Below are positions 1 to 10,686 of a stretch of 64,000 bases of DNA, piece after piece; the first letter of the stretch is position 1; each line of letters starts with the position of its first letter. Under the pieces are notes generated by a model. That model was not told the DNA's origin and did not search any database. It saw only the letters and a program-made list of their open reading frames with translations. Position numbers and translations under genes: made by a program. Origin of the DNA: an uncultured Verrucomicrobiae bacterium (lineage in GTDB: Bacteria; Verrucomicrobiota; Verrucomicrobiia; Limisphaerales; Palsa-1400). The DNA is taken from the NCBI GenBank assembly GCA_963707025.1, contig CAVPOM010000004.1, positions 768,001-832,000 on the forward strand, given 5' to 3'.

Positions 1-1473
1 ATAGGGATTCGTATTGACAATGCTGCCCAGGGCGACGCGCAGCGCGACACTGGTGTCCGAACTGAAGTTGTAACCCAGGTCGGTAACGCCGCCGGAGTCG
101 TTGGGGGAGGTGTTGGTGATGTAGGTGGTGTAGTTCAGGGCGGCGGAGTTGGTGCCGGTGGAGTTGGTGCCGCCGGAAAGAATGGAGTTGGCCAATTTCA
201 AAGTGCCCCCGGTGCGGGCCAGATCAAAACCGGGAGTCAGGCCGACGAGGCCATTGGACTCGCTGGTGGTGCTGATTCCCGCGGCGCCGCCCGTCAAGAA
301 ATTGGTGGCCAGGGTGCAGTTGCGCACCAAGGTGAGAGCCGCCCCGCTGGCCAGACCGCCGCCGGTGGCGGAACCGCCGTTGCCGGCAGGCGCGAAGACC
401 AGGCTGGAATTGCCGCCCCCGGCGCCGCCCTGGCAGGAGTTCATATTGAAAGTGGTGTTTTCGATAATAGCGATATTGGTGGAACTGGTCAGAGCCAGGC
501 CGCCACCATAGGCATAGCCGCCGGACTGGCCGAAGCGACTGGTGCTGCCGGCCACCGCCGTGTTGTTGGCGAACAGGCAATTCGTCATGCAAAGCGGCCC
601 GGAAGCCAGGACGGCGCCGCCGACACAACTGCCGCCAGTTCCGCCCGAACCGGGATTCCCTGAGAATGCGCCGGCAGCGGGGGTCCCGGCGGTGCCGCCA
701 CTGCCGGCCGTGCAGTGGTTTCCCGTAAATGCCGTGGCGACGAGAATATTGGTTGGACCGGTGCAGACGATAGCGCCTCCCACCGCGTCGCCACCGTTGC
801 CGCCGCTGCCGGCGTTGCCGCCGAAAATACCTCCACTCTGGACGCCGTTGCCGCCATTGCCTCCGTTGCCGCCTTCGACGCTGTTATTGTCGAAAATGCT
901 GTAAAAAACTTCCAGTGTGCCCTGGCTCACAATCGCTCCGCCCGACGCGCTCAACCCATTGCCCCCGCTGCCCCCGTCGTTGTTGCCCGGGAAGCTGCCG
1001 TCCGTTCCGGGGACTCCGGCGAAGTTGGTGGCGCTGTTGCCACTGAAGACACAGTTGCTGACGAGGAGCGTTCCACCCACGTCATTCAAAATGGCGCCGC
1101 CTGTGGTGTTGAGGCCGCCTGAAATGGTCAGGTTGACCAGCGTCAGCGAACCGCCTTTGTAAATATGGAACATCGGACCGTTGCCGCTGACGCGGTTGAT
1201 GGTCGCGGTATTGGTGGTGCCATCGAGATTGGTGACGGCATTGAGAACGACCGCGTTCGAGACCTGTAAAAGCTCCGTTGCGCCGGAGAAGTTGACGGTG
1301 AGGTTGCTGGCGAAGATGCTCATGCCGCCCCGGCTCACCGCAGCACTAAGGTCGCTGAAATTGGTGATGACGGGGGGCTGCGCGGAAGCCGTCAGGGCGC
1401 AGCCAAGCCCCAGCGCAATGCAGGGGAGCAGGGCCTTGGCGCGGGCGAAAATCCTTTTCACCTTTGTTTTCAA
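1..1473 (-). CDS. Large secreted Gly/Asn-rich beta-helix-like repeat protein (3' end runs off window)
   Basis: Open frame from TTG 1473 (or GTG 1461) to position 1, absent from the ORF track. Signal peptide (LLPCIALGLGCALTASAQ) and repeated GGAI..FxxN and GGNGG motifs. Confidence 0.75.
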   Translation of the reverse strand, partial: MKTKVKRIFARAKALLPCIALGLGCALTASAQPPVITNFSDLSAAVSRGGMSIFASNLTVNFSGATELLQVSNAVVLNAVTNLDGTTNTATINRVSGNGPMFHIYKGGSLTLVNLTISGGLNTTGGAILNDVGGTLLVSNCVFSGNSATNFAGVPGTDGSFPGNNDGGSGGNGLSASGGAIVSQGTLEVFYSIFDNNSVEGGNGGNGGNGVQSGGIFGGNAGSGGNGGDAVGGAIVCTGPTNILVATAFTGNHCTAGSGGTAGTPAAGAFSGNPGSGGTGGSCVGGAVLASGPLCMTNCLFANNTAVAGSTSRFGQSGGYAYGGGLALTSSTNIAIIENTTFNMNSCQGGAGGGNSSLVFAPAGNGGSATGGGLASGAALTLVRNCTLATNFLTGGAAGISTTSESNGLVGLTPGFDLARTGGTLKLANSILSGGTNSTGTNSAALNYTTYITNTSPNDSGGVTDLGYNFSSDTSVALRVALGSIVNTNPY

Positions 1474-1553
1474 GCGGCTATATTGATAACAGACTCTGAT
1501 GAGTTAAACAATGAGACTCTGAAAAGTTTCGTTGATTCGGGTGATTTCGCGCC

Positions 1554-1763
1554 ATGAAACTCTTTTACACCGGACCGGCGGTGAACGCCGAATTGCTCAT
1601 GGTCATGCTCGAAAAGCACGGCATCGCCGGCCGCCAGGAATGGGTGCAGCCCGGCGAGCCGGAGGAGGGCGATTTGAACCGCCCGGCCAGAATCCTGGTG
1701 CCGGAGGCCGATTACGACCGCGCCTTCCAATTATTCTACGCCGAGCGCGAGGACGAGCTTTAG
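1554..1763 (+). CDS. Small hypothetical protein, DUF2007-like
   Basis: 69-aa ORF with AELLMVMLEKHGI...ILVPEADYDRA pattern. Confidence 0.6.
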   Translation: MKLFYTGPAVNAELLMVMLEKHGIAGRQEWVQPGEPEEGDLNRPARILVPEADYDRAFQLFYAEREDEL

Positions 1764-1815
1764 CGGCATGAATATCCTTTATTATTCGCATTCCGGGGGT
1801 TAGGCTTCCCCGGTT

Positions 1816-2962
1816 ATGTTCGAGAACATCAAAGCGCAGCTGTCCGCCGCCGGGGAGAAATTGGTCCATTTGCGGAGGTTTCTTTGACGTGCCGGGCGTG
1901 GAGAAACGGCTGGGCGAACTGGACGGGCTGATGGCGGCGGACACCTTCTGGAAAAATCAGGAAAAAGCCCAGGGCGTGATTGACGAGGCCAACGGCTTGC
2001 GCCGAAAAATCGAACCGCTCCTCAAGGCCGAACAACAGATGGATGATTTTCACGTCATGGTTGAACTGGCCGAAGGCGAACCGGAATCCGAGCAGGCCAG
2101 GCACCATACCGATTTGGAGCGCGACCTGGCGAAGTTCAGCAAGGACCTGGACAGCCTGGAGTTGAAGGTTTTTCTCAACGGCCCGCACGACCGGAACAAC
2201 TGCATCCTGAGCATCAACTCCGGGGCGGGAGGGACGGAGGCGTGCGACTGGGCGGACATGCTCTTGCGCATGTACCAGCGCTGGTGCGAAGCGCGGGGCT
2301 GGGAAATCGAGGTGGAAGACGTGCTGCCGGGGGAATCGGCGGGGATCAAGAGCGCGACCCTGCTGGTGGAGGGGGAATGCGCCTACGGTTATTGCAAGGC
2401 GGAGCGGGGCGTCCACCGCCTGGTGCGCATTTCGCCCTACGACTCCAACAAACGGCGGCACACCAGTTTTGCCAGCGTGGATGTGATTGCGGAAATTGCC
2501 GAGACCAATGCGGACATCGTGCTGCCGCCGGCGGAGTTGCAGGTGGACACCTATCGGTCGGGCGGCAAAGGCGGACAAAATGTCAACAAGGTGGAAACGG
2601 CGGTGCGCATCACCCATCTGCCCAGTGGATTGATCGCGGCCTCGCAAAGCCAGCGTTCCCAGCACCAGAACCGCGCCACCGCCATGCGCATGCTCGTCTC
2701 CAAAATCTACGCCAAGCGCTTGGACGAGCAAAAGGCGGAGATGGAACGTTTCTACGGCGAAAAGGGGGCCATCGGCTGGGGCCAGCAGATTCGCAGCTAC
2801 GTCTTCCAGCCTTACCGCATGGTCAAGGATTTGCGCACCGGCGCGGAAACCAGCAATGTCCAGGCCGTGATGGACGGCGATTTGGACCTGTTCGTCAACG
2901 CCTGGCTGCGCGCCGGCTGCCCGGTCAAGCGCATGGCGGGGGTGAAGGAAGAGGTGGAGTAA
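1816..2962 (+). CDS. prfB: Peptide chain release factor 2, +1 programmed frameshift
   Basis: ATG 1816 (MFENIKAQ...RRFL) ends at CTT TGA C (1882-1888) after an internal GGAGG. The +1 frame continues with GGQ and SPY motifs. Confidence 0.97.
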
Positions 2963-3028
2963 GGGAGTGATGAAGTGATGGAATGATGAAGAATGCCCCA
3001 CCCAATACTCCATCACTCCATCACTCCG
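2963..3028. repeat. Short-period (8 bp) imperfect inverted repeat
   Basis: GGAGTGAT-like units facing CCAATACTCCATCACTCCATCACTCC. Confidence 0.6.
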
Positions 3029-3044
3029 TTTTCCTCTCTTCTTC

Positions 3045-3848
3045 ATGAACATTCTTGACACTATTGTCGCCCGGAAAAGGCTCGAAATCGCCCGGCTGTC
3101 GGCGCGTCCCATCACGGCTTCCGCCCTGAAAGCGGCGCTGGAAAAGAGGGGCGGCCGGCGTGATTTTTTTGGCGCGCTCCAAGCCGCCGGGCCCGGCGCG
3201 ATGGCCCTCATCGCTGAAGTCAAAAAGGCCTCTCCCTCCGCCGGCGTGATCTGCCCGGATTTCGATCCGGTGCGGCTGGCGCGGGCCTACGAGGCCGCCG
3301 GGGCCAACTGCCTTTCGGTCCTGACGGACGAAAGCTTTTTCCAGGGGTCGCTGGAGGATCTGCAGCGGATTCGCGCCGCGGTGAAACTGCCGCTCCTGCG
3401 CAAGGACTTCATCCTGGATGCCCGGCAGATTCTGGAGGCGATTGAGGCGGGAGCGGACGCCATTCTGTTGATTGCGCGCATTCTGACGGGAGCGGGGCTG
3501 CAGGAGTTGCACGGGCTGGCCAGCGCCGCCGGACTGGCCGCGCTGGTGGAGGTGCATGACGAGGCGGAGATGGACCGCGCCCTCGCCCTGGGGGCGAACC
3601 TGATCGGCGTCAATAATCGCAATCTCGAAACCTTCACCGTGGATTTGGCCCTGACCGGGCGGCTGGCGGCCCGAATCCCGGCCGCGGCGCGGGCGGGCAG
3701 GGTGCTGGTGGCGGAGAGCGGCATTGACCGCCGGGCCGACGTGGAAGGCCTGCGGCGCGCCGGAGCCGGGGCCATCCTGGTGGGCGAATCGCTGCTGAAG
3801 AACCCGGCGGGCATCGCCGCGAAAATCTCCGAACTGCTTATTCGTTGA
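3045..3848 (+). CDS. trpC: Indole-3-glycerol phosphate synthase
   Basis: IAEVKKASPS, LSVLTD, LRKDF, GVNNRNL, VAESGI motifs. Confidence 0.96.
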   Translation: MNILDTIVARKRLEIARLSARPITASALKAALEKRGGRRDFFGALQAAGPGAMALIAEVKKASPSAGVICPDFDPVRLARAYEAAGANCLSVLTDESFFQGSLEDLQRIRAAVKLPLLRKDFILDARQILEAIEAGADAILLIARILTGAGLQELHGLASAAGLAALVEVHDEAEMDRALALGANLIGVNNRNLETFTVDLALTGRLAARIPAAARAGRVLVAESGIDRRADVEGLRRAGAGAILVGESLLKNPAGIAAKISELLIR

Positions 3849-4956
3849 TGTCCTGCAAAATGGCCAGGCCGGATTCGACGGCCTTTTTGACCTGGGTGGC
3901 GCGGGCCACAGCCGTGTCGGAAGTTTCGCCGCGGAAGGTGGTCATGGTGGTTTTGAGGGCGGCGATGACTTCTCCATTGCGGTCGCGCAACGGCAGGGTC
4001 ACCTCCACCGAGTCGGTCTGCTTGAGATAGAAGATGCGGCCATTGGCGATGACATCCGCCTCCGTTTTGCCGCCGGGCGATCCCAGGTCGGGGTCCATGC
4101 CATCGGCCACCACCACGGGCATGGGGGAGTTCTTCAGGGCATAGACTTTCAAGCCAAGGAGACGGGAGTTCTTTTTCATCACCTCAGCCACGACCGTCTG
4201 GATCAACGGCACGCGCGCCGTGTACTCAATCCGGGTATCGGCAAAGTAAGCAACCGTGTCGCCCGCCGTCCAAAAGCCGGTCTTGCCGGCGGCAAAAGTG
4301 CTGTCGTTGACCGCGATATCGTTGGTGGGGTCGCCGGGCCGAACCGGAGGAATCATAAGTTTTCCATTCAAAAAGCCGCGGATGCTGTTGCCGGCGCATT
4401 CCAACCGCAATTCCTGCCAGCCATCCTGCGCAATGGGGAGTTGCACGCCGATGCCCTGGGCATCGTAGCGGACGCCGCGCACCACGCGGTACCAGAGCAG
4501 GTTTCCCCGGGTGCTGGCGCGGAGGAGATAATAATTGTTTTCGTCCTGGACGCGAAAGGCGATGCCGGCCTCGGGCGCGGTGGTGCCGCTGACGATCTTG
4601 AAGCGGGTTGTCAAGGTGAAATTGGCGAAGGTTTCATTGGTGAAGAGCAAGAGCGGGGAATGGCTGGCGGCGGGGTCCGGGGAAGAGCCGGCCAGAACGG
4701 TGAGTTTGGCGGTGGCCACCGGGGAGTTGGGCAGGTTGGTCAGGAGGGGCGTCATGGCCAGGGCGACCGGGACGTCCATGACCTTCCAAACGCCCGGCCG
4801 GCCGGGTCCCGATACCAGGCTGGTGAAGCCCGGGGGAATCCGGCCGGCCTGGAATTGGCCGAAATCAAATTTTATTTCCGCGGCGGAGGCCAGGAGCGCC
4901 GCCCCGCCCAGGAGGGAGGGGAGGATGAAACGGGTGATCCGGGCCGCGCGGCTCAT
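3838..4956 (-). CDS. Secreted protein with concanavalin-like/DUF1080-like domain
   Basis: Signal peptide; AGIAFRVQDENNYY, WQELRLEC and GKTGFW motifs. Confidence 0.6.
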   Translation of the reverse strand: MSRAARITRFILPSLLGGAALLASAAEIKFDFGQFQAGRIPPGFTSLVSGPGRPGVWKVMDVPVALAMTPLLTNLPNSPVATAKLTVLAGSSPDPAASHSPLLLFTNETFANFTLTTRFKIVSGTTAPEAGIAFRVQDENNYYLLRASTRGNLLWYRVVRGVRYDAQGIGVQLPIAQDGWQELRLECAGNSIRGFLNGKLMIPPVRPGDPTNDIAVNDSTFAAGKTGFWTAGDTVAYFADTRIEYTARVPLIQTVVAEVMKKNSRLLGLKVYALKNSPMPVVVADGMDPDLGSPGGKTEADVIANGRIFYLKQTDSVEVTLPLRDRNGEVIAALKTTMTTFRGETSDTAVARATQVKKAVESGLAILQDINE

Positions 4957-6828
4957 TCAGTAAACCATGTCCGCCACGGTGCGGTTGGCCGGGATGAAGG
5001 GGATGACATGCTCGGTGTAGGGACAAATCACGTCCAGCAGGAAGGGCTGGTCGGAATCGAGCATGCGCTGGATGGCGGGGCGCAGGTCTTTTTTATACAT
5101 GACGCGCTCGGCGGGGACGTTGAAGCTCAGAGCCATGGCCACGTAATCGGGGTAAATCTGGCGGCGGCGCTCGGGATCGCCCAGGTAGGTGTGGCCGCGG
5201 TTGCCCTGATAGAAGTTGTCCTCCCATTGCACGACCATGCCCAGGTGCTGGTTGTTCAGGATCATGACCTTGGCGGCGATCTTTTCAATGTGGGCGGTGG
5301 CCAGTTCCTGCACGTTCATGAGGAAGGAGCCGTCGCCGTCAATGTCAATGACCTGCTGGTCCGGGAAGGCCACCTTGGCGCCCAGGGCGGCGGGAAAGCC
5401 AAAACCCATCGAGCCCAGCCCGGCGCTGGTGAGGAACTGGCGCGGGCGGTTGAATTTGTAAAACTGGCCGGCCCACATCTGATGCTGGCCCACTCCGGTG
5501 GTGATGATGGCTTCGCCGCGGGTCAATTGGTAAAGCTGCTCAATCGCCATTTGCGGGAGGATCACTTCGCTTTCCCGGCCCTGCAGATGGTCGCGCATGT
5601 GCTCGGATTGGGCGACCTCGTCGGTGACGCCGTAGTGAAAGGGCGCGCGTTGTTTCCACTCGGCGATTTGGGCGTGCCAGGCGGAAAACTTTTTCTGGAT
5701 GGGGCGCTGGCGGATCATGCCGTTCAGGCGCGCCAGGGCGTCCTTGATGTCGCTCTGCACGGCGAGGTGGACCTTGCGGTTTTTCTGGTGCTCGGATTGG
5801 TCAATATCAACGTGGACGATGGTTCCGTGCTTGCAGAACTCGTCCACCTTGCCGGTGACGCGGTCGTCGAAGCGCACCCCAAAGGCCAGGAGCAAATCGG
5901 CGCCCGGCTTGAGTTGGACCAGGGGCTGGTCCGGGGTCTTGCGCGGCTGGAATTCGCCGCTGACGGCCCAATTGGCGAAGGCGGCGCCATGCATGCCCAG
6001 CCAGCGCAGGGACAGTTCATCGGTTTCGGGGAAGGCCCCGCAACCCATGATGGTAGTGGTGACGGGAATTTGGGTGGCCTGGACAAACTGCCGCAGCTCG
6101 GCCGAGGCGTTGCCCGTGATGATGCCGCCGCCGCAATAAAGGACGGGCCGCTCCGCCTTTTCGATCAAGCCGATGATTTCGTTGAGGGCCAGATCGTCGG
6201 CCCGCTTGACGGGATCATAGCCGCGGAGATGGATTTGGGCGGGCCAGACGGGCTGAGTTTTGCTCTGCTGCAAATTCTTGGGAAAATCAATCAGGACCGG
6301 GCCGGGCCGGCCGGAGCGGGCGATGGCGAAGGCCTCCTTGACGATGCGGGGAATGTCGTTGACATCGGTGATGAGATAACTGTGTTTGACGACGGGGAGG
6401 GTCATGCCGAAAATGTCGGTCTCCTGGAAGGCGCCTTTGCCGATCATGGCCTGGGTCACCTGGCCGGTGATGGCGATCAGCGGGACGGAATCCATGTAAG
6501 CATCGGCGATGCCAGTGACGAGGTTGGTGGCGCCCGGCCCGCTGGTGGCCATGCAGACGCCCGCCCGGCCCGTGGCGCGGGCGTAACCGCCGGCGGCGAA
6601 GGCTCCGCCCTGCTCATGGCGGGGCAAAACGGTGCGGATGGCGGAGCGGGTGAGGGCTTGATGGATTTCCATGCTGGCCCCGCCGGGATAGGCGAAGACA
6701 CATTCCACCCCTTCGCGTTCCAAGGCCCGGACCAGGATGTCGCTGCCCGGCATGACCTGGCCCAGTTCCGGGCGGGGGGCGGCCTTTTTTGGCGTCGTTC
6801 GTTTTGCGTTGGCGATCTTTGTGCTCAT
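4957..6828 (-). CDS. ilvB: Acetolactate synthase large subunit
   Basis: FAYPGG, RHEQG, TSGPGATN, GVGQHQMW and the ThDP motif GDGSFLMN. Confidence 0.95.
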   Translation of the reverse strand: MSTKIANAKRTTPKKAAPRPELGQVMPGSDILVRALEREGVECVFAYPGGASMEIHQALTRSAIRTVLPRHEQGGAFAAGGYARATGRAGVCMATSGPGATNLVTGIADAYMDSVPLIAITGQVTQAMIGKGAFQETDIFGMTLPVVKHSYLITDVNDIPRIVKEAFAIARSGRPGPVLIDFPKNLQQSKTQPVWPAQIHLRGYDPVKRADDLALNEIIGLIEKAERPVLYCGGGIITGNASAELRQFVQATQIPVTTTIMGCGAFPETDELSLRWLGMHGAAFANWAVSGEFQPRKTPDQPLVQLKPGADLLLAFGVRFDDRVTGKVDEFCKHGTIVHVDIDQSEHQKNRKVHLAVQSDIKDALARLNGMIRQRPIQKKFSAWHAQIAEWKQRAPFHYGVTDEVAQSEHMRDHLQGRESEVILPQMAIEQLYQLTRGEAIITTGVGQHQMWAGQFYKFNRPRQFLTSAGLGSMGFGFPAALGAKVAFPDQQVIDIDGDGSFLMNVQELATAHIEKIAAKVMILNNQHLGMVVQWEDNFYQGNRGHTYLGDPERRRQIYPDYVAMALSFNVPAERVMYKKDLRPAIQRMLDSDQPFLLDVICPYTEHVIPFIPANRTVADMVY

Positions 6829-6864
6829 ATATTTACGTGTGACTGGCGGCCGCGGCTAATGACC

Positions 6865-6896
6865 AAAAAACCCACGACCGTTGCCAGCCGTGGGTT
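6865..6896 (-). terminator. Attenuator terminator hairpin upstream of ilvB
   Basis: Minus strand AACCCACGGCTGGCAACGGTCGTGGGTTTTTT forms a stem-loop with U tract. Confidence 0.85.
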
Positions 6897-6912
6897 CTTG
6901 TCAAAAATTGCT

Positions 6913-6993
6913 TCAGGCGCGACAAGTCCCGGCGGCAGGGCCGTCCGTTACGACGACCACCACAGAACCGATATCGCCCAGCAGCGCATTCAT
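6913..6993 (-). promoter_or_regulatory. ilv leader peptide MNALLGDIGSVVVVVTDGPAAGTCRA
   Basis: 26-codon ORF with five consecutive Val plus Leu/Ile codons, directly before the terminator and ilvB. Confidence 0.85.
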
Positions 6994-7119
6994 TAACATA
7001 CTGCCAAGGATAAGGGGAGGGGCCGGGGAGGTCAAGCGCGGATTTTAGGGTCATGATTTGGAGGCGGAGCCTCAATCTTGACATGCTACCGCCATACAAT
7101 GACATTCCTCTTGAATGTT

Positions 7120-7443
7120 ATGAGCAAAAGCAAAGCCCGACTCGACCCGGTTCATCCGGGCGACGTGCTCCGCGAGGATTTTATGAAGCCGCTGGGCCTG
7201 TCTTCCTACGCGGTGGCCAAGGCCATCGGGAGCACGCCCATTGCCATCAGCGAAATCATCCGGCGCAAGCGCGCGGTGAGCGCGAAAATGGCCCTCAAGC
7301 TGGGACGGCTCTTCAACGTCTCGCCAGAAGTGTGGATGGGCATTCAGGCCGACTACGATCTGGAAATCGCCCGCCAGCGCAGCGAAGCCGGCATTTTCCG
7401 GCGGGTGCATCCGCTCAAGGTGAGCGAACCGGTTGTGGCGTGA
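7120..7443 (+). CDS. higA: HigA-family antitoxin (no adjacent toxin seen)
   Basis: HPGDVLREDFMKPLGLS...MALKLGRLFNVSPEVWMGIQ. Confidence 0.88.
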   Translation: MSKSKARLDPVHPGDVLREDFMKPLGLSSYAVAKAIGSTPIAISEIIRRKRAVSAKMALKLGRLFNVSPEVWMGIQADYDLEIARQRSEAGIFRRVHPLKVSEPVVA

Positions 7444-7504
7444 AGGCGCCAGGGCAAGTCGGACCGCGCACGCCATGATAACTACTTGGAAGTGGATGGC
7501 CAAT

Positions 7505-8251
7505 TTAAGGCTTGGCGGCCGGTTCTTTCATGCGCTTGGCCACGATCTCGGTGGTGGCAAAATCGCCCACTTTGCGGGTGAGCTTGATTTCGTCGCCGGC
7601 GACTTTGCCGGTGTAGTCAATGTCAATGTCCTGGTCCTGAATCTTGAGCGGTTCGGTGAAGGAGATGTCGCTGCCGGTCACTTTTCCTTTGATCTCGGTT
7701 ATCGTTTTTTGGTCTTCCACTTCGCGGGTGGCTTTGCCGGTGAGCTTGTCGCCGTCGAGCTTGAATTCGTAAGTGTATTTTTGGTGGCCGACCTGGCTGT
7801 CGAACTCGGACTGCCACTTGCCCGTCACGGCCACGGCGGAGGCCGGAGCGGCTTCCTTCTCGCGTTTGGCGACGATTTCATTGCTGCCGAAATCGCCGAC
7901 CTTGCGCGTGAATTTGATTTCATCGCCGGCGACCTTGCCGCTGTATTCGATGCGCAGGTCGTCCTGGTCTGGGTTCTTGACGATTTCGACGAAGGAAATC
8001 TCGTCGCCCTTGATTTTGCCGTCCTGGACCGCGTTGGTGGCTTTTTCGCCGTCCCGGTCGCGGAAGCATTTGCCGGTGAGCTTGTCGCCGTCGGCCTTGA
8101 ATTCGTAGGTGTATTTCATCTGGCTGTCCTGGACTTGAAATTCGGCTTTCCACCGGCCGTTGACATCGGCGGCGCGGAGCGGGCCGGACAGGCCGAGGAC
8201 CAGGGTGGCGGCGAGAATTGCTTTTGAGAGAGTCATTGAGTTCATAGGCAT
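7505..8251 (-). CDS. Secreted protein with two internal repeats
   Basis: Signal peptide; duplicated V.GKW..EF...KYTYEFK.DGDKLTGK...YxGKVAGDEIK.TRKVGDF domain. Confidence 0.8.
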   Translation of the reverse strand: MPMNSMTLSKAILAATLVLGLSGPLRAADVNGRWKAEFQVQDSQMKYTYEFKADGDKLTGKCFRDRDGEKATNAVQDGKIKGDEISFVEIVKNPDQDDLRIEYSGKVAGDEIKFTRKVGDFGSNEIVAKREKEAAPASAVAVTGKWQSEFDSQVGHQKYTYEFKLDGDKLTGKATREVEDQKTITEIKGKVTGSDISFTEPLKIQDQDIDIDYTGKVAGDEIKLTRKVGDFATTEIVAKRMKEPAAKP

Positions 8252-8306
8252 TTTTTGATTGAACTGGGTTGCGGGAATTCTTCCCCCGCTGGCCGGAAAA
8301 AGTCAA

Positions 8307-9239
8307 TCATGGATCGGCGGCCGCCAGGAAATCCTGGTAAGCGCGGGCCAGGCCGGTGGGGAGATCAATCTTGGGTTTCCAACCCAGGGCAAAAATGCGC
8401 GAGCTGTCCAGCAGTTTGCGCGGGGTGCCGTCGGGTTTGGAGGTGTCCCAGACGATTTCGCCCTGGAAACCGGTGACGCGTTGGACCAGCCCGGCCAATT
8501 CCCGGATGCTCAGGTCGCTGCCGCAGCCGACGTTGATGGGTTGTTCGTCGCTATAGTGCTGCATGAGAAAAACACAGGCGGCGGCCAGGTCGTCGGCGTG
8601 GAGGAACTCGCGCAAGGGCGCGCCCGTGCCCCAGCAGGTGGCGGAGGGGGCGCGGGAGCTTGTGGCTTCGTGAAACTTGCGGAGCAGGGCCGGCAGGACA
8701 TGGGAGGTCTGCAAACCGTAGTGGTCGTTGCTTCCGTAAAGATTGGCCGGCATGGCGCAGATGAAATCGGAACCGTGCTGGCGGCGGCAGGCCTGGCAAA
8801 GTTTGAGGCCGGCAATTTTGGCGATGGCATACCATTGGTTGGTCGGCTCCAGCGGGCCGGTCAGAAGATATTCCTCCTTGAGCGGCTGGGGGGCGAGCCT
8901 GGGATAAATGCAGGAGCTGCCCAGGAAGAGCAGTTTGGCGACGCCCGAGCGCCGCGCATTTTCGATGAGGTTGTTTTGAATCTGGAGATTTTCCAAAAGA
9001 AATTCGGCGGGCTGATTGTGGTTGGCGAGAATGCCGCCCACTTTGGCGGCGGCGATGAAGACATATTCCGGTTGTTCAGCGGCGAAGAATTTTTGGACGG
9101 CAGCGGCATCGAGCAAGTCGAGTTCGCGGCGGGTCTTGCCCAGCAAGCGTTTAAAGCCCTGGCGTTGCAGTTCGCGCCATAAGGCGCTTCCGACCAGCCC
9201 GCCGTGGCCGGCGACATAGATTCGTGCATCCTGCTTCAT
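8307..9239 (-). CDS. fcl: GDP-L-fucose synthase
   Basis: [41 protein letters not shown]. Confidence 0.95.
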   Translation of the reverse strand: MKQDARIYVAGHGGLVGSALWRELQRQGFKRLLGKTRRELDLLDAAAVQKFFAAEQPEYVFIAAAKVGGILANHNQPAEFLLENLQIQNNLIENARRSGVAKLLFLGSSCIYPRLAPQPLKEEYLLTGPLEPTNQWYAIAKIAGLKLCQACRRQHGSDFICAMPANLYGSNDHYGLQTSHVLPALLRKFHEATSSRAPSATCWGTGAPLREFLHADDLAAACVFLMQHYSDEQPINVGCGSDLSIRELAGLVQRVTGFQGEIVWDTSKPDGTPRKLLDSSRIFALGWKPKIDLPTGLARAYQDFLAAADP

Positions 9240-9541
9240 AGGCCAAGCATCGCGGTGTGCCGTGTGGCGCGCCGCGACGGCATGCCAAAGTGCCGTGCCG
9301 GCCGGAAATTAACCATGAAAAAGCAACGGCGACGATTTATTCTTTAAAAGAGATCGAGATTCAGGTTAGGATTAAGAACGGGAGACCGCCACCCCGGAAA
9401 GTGACCTGCGTCCGCGGGGGAAAAGTGGGGAAACGGGGGCTGGACATCCGGGGACTGGTGTGGTAGTCATTTCAGTTCTGTTCGAAAACAACGGTAGATA
9501 AGGGCGGGCCGCTGGCTCGCTGCAACCTAGCGCAACTACAA

Positions 9542-10591
9542 ATGAAATTCAGACCTATCTCTCTTTTAATGGCGGGGCTGCTGTCGTCTGGGGCCATGGC
9601 CCAGCCGGCGGCCGTCCCTCCTGCCAACGCCAACCCCGCGCCCGCGCATCCCACCCTGGCCCCGCCCGCCGAGGTCAAGCCGGCAGTGGCGCCGGACAAG
9701 GGGCAACTGAGCGATGCGGTGGGTGTTTATTACGCCAACAACATGAAAAACGATCTCATGGGCAAACTCGGCCTGGAACCGAAGGTGGACCTGGATCTGG
9801 ACAGGCTTTTCGCCGCGTATTCAAATGTGCTGGCCGGTTCTGCAACGACCCTGAATACCCAGGAAGCCATTAAGGTCCTGCAGCAGCAGCAGGCGTATGA
9901 GAAGGGAAGGGTTCAGGAGGAGGTCAAGAAGATAACGGCGATGGGGCCGGAGAACAAGGCCAAAGGCGAAAAATTCATGGACGACATCGAAAAGGCGCCC
10001 GGGGTGACCAAGTTGGCCAGCGGCTTGGTCTATAAGGTGATCAAAGAGGGCGAGGGCGTGAAACCGGCGGCGACGGACATGGCGACGGTAAGTTTCCGCG
10101 CCACGCTGGTGGATGGCACGGAGGTCTGGAAGATGGAACACGCCTCCATCCCTGTGACCCATCAGTTGATACCCCCGGGGGTGACGGAAGCGCTGACCCT
10201 GATGAAAGCCGGCTCGCATTGGACGGTCTATCTTCCCTACCCCCAGGCTTATGGCGAGAAGCCGGGCATCTCCGATCCAAAACGCGGGTTCAAGGTCGGC
10301 CCGTTCTCCGCGCTGATTTTTGACCTGGAATTGGAGTCGGTCCAACCCAGGCCGGCCCCGCCCGCTGGGGCACCAGCGGGGATGCGGTCCGGCGGGCCGA
10401 TGACCATGCCGCCCGGCACCCCAGTCACGCCGCCGGTCACCACCGTTTCGCCGCCGGTCACCAGTTCTTCCATCGTGCGCGTGCCCTCTGCCGAAGAGAT
10501 GCAGAGGGGCGAGAAACCCCGAGTCATGACCGACGCGGAGATAGAGGCGGCGAAGAAGGCGGCGCAAACCAACGCACCCGCTCCGAAGTGA
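9542..10591 (+). CDS. FKBP-type peptidyl-prolyl isomerase (FkpA/Mip-like)
   Basis: Signal peptide; SGLVYKVIKEGEG, EALTLMKAG, QAYG, LIFDLELESV. Confidence 0.85.
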   Translation: MKFRPISLLMAGLLSSGAMAQPAAVPPANANPAPAHPTLAPPAEVKPAVAPDKGQLSDAVGVYYANNMKNDLMGKLGLEPKVDLDLDRLFAAYSNVLAGSATTLNTQEAIKVLQQQQAYEKGRVQEEVKKITAMGPENKAKGEKFMDDIEKAPGVTKLASGLVYKVIKEGEGVKPAATDMATVSFRATLVDGTEVWKMEHASIPVTHQLIPPGVTEALTLMKAGSHWTVYLPYPQAYGEKPGISDPKRGFKVGPFSALIFDLELESVQPRPAPPAGAPAGMRSGGPMTMPPGTPVTPPVTTVSPPVTSSSIVRVPSAEEMQRGEKPRVMTDAEIEAAKKAAQTNAPAPK

Positions 10592-10686
10592 GCGGCGGCT
10601 GGCGTCTGCCCGATGCTTGACACTCCGCGTCCGGGTTGTCAATTTCTACTGCCCGCCCTACCAACCAAGACTGGACGCCTCTCCCG

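Noticed and set aside
7020..7500. Flanking duplication around higA like those at comM and glgB
   Set aside because: Only vague similarity between the flanks; cannot be supported
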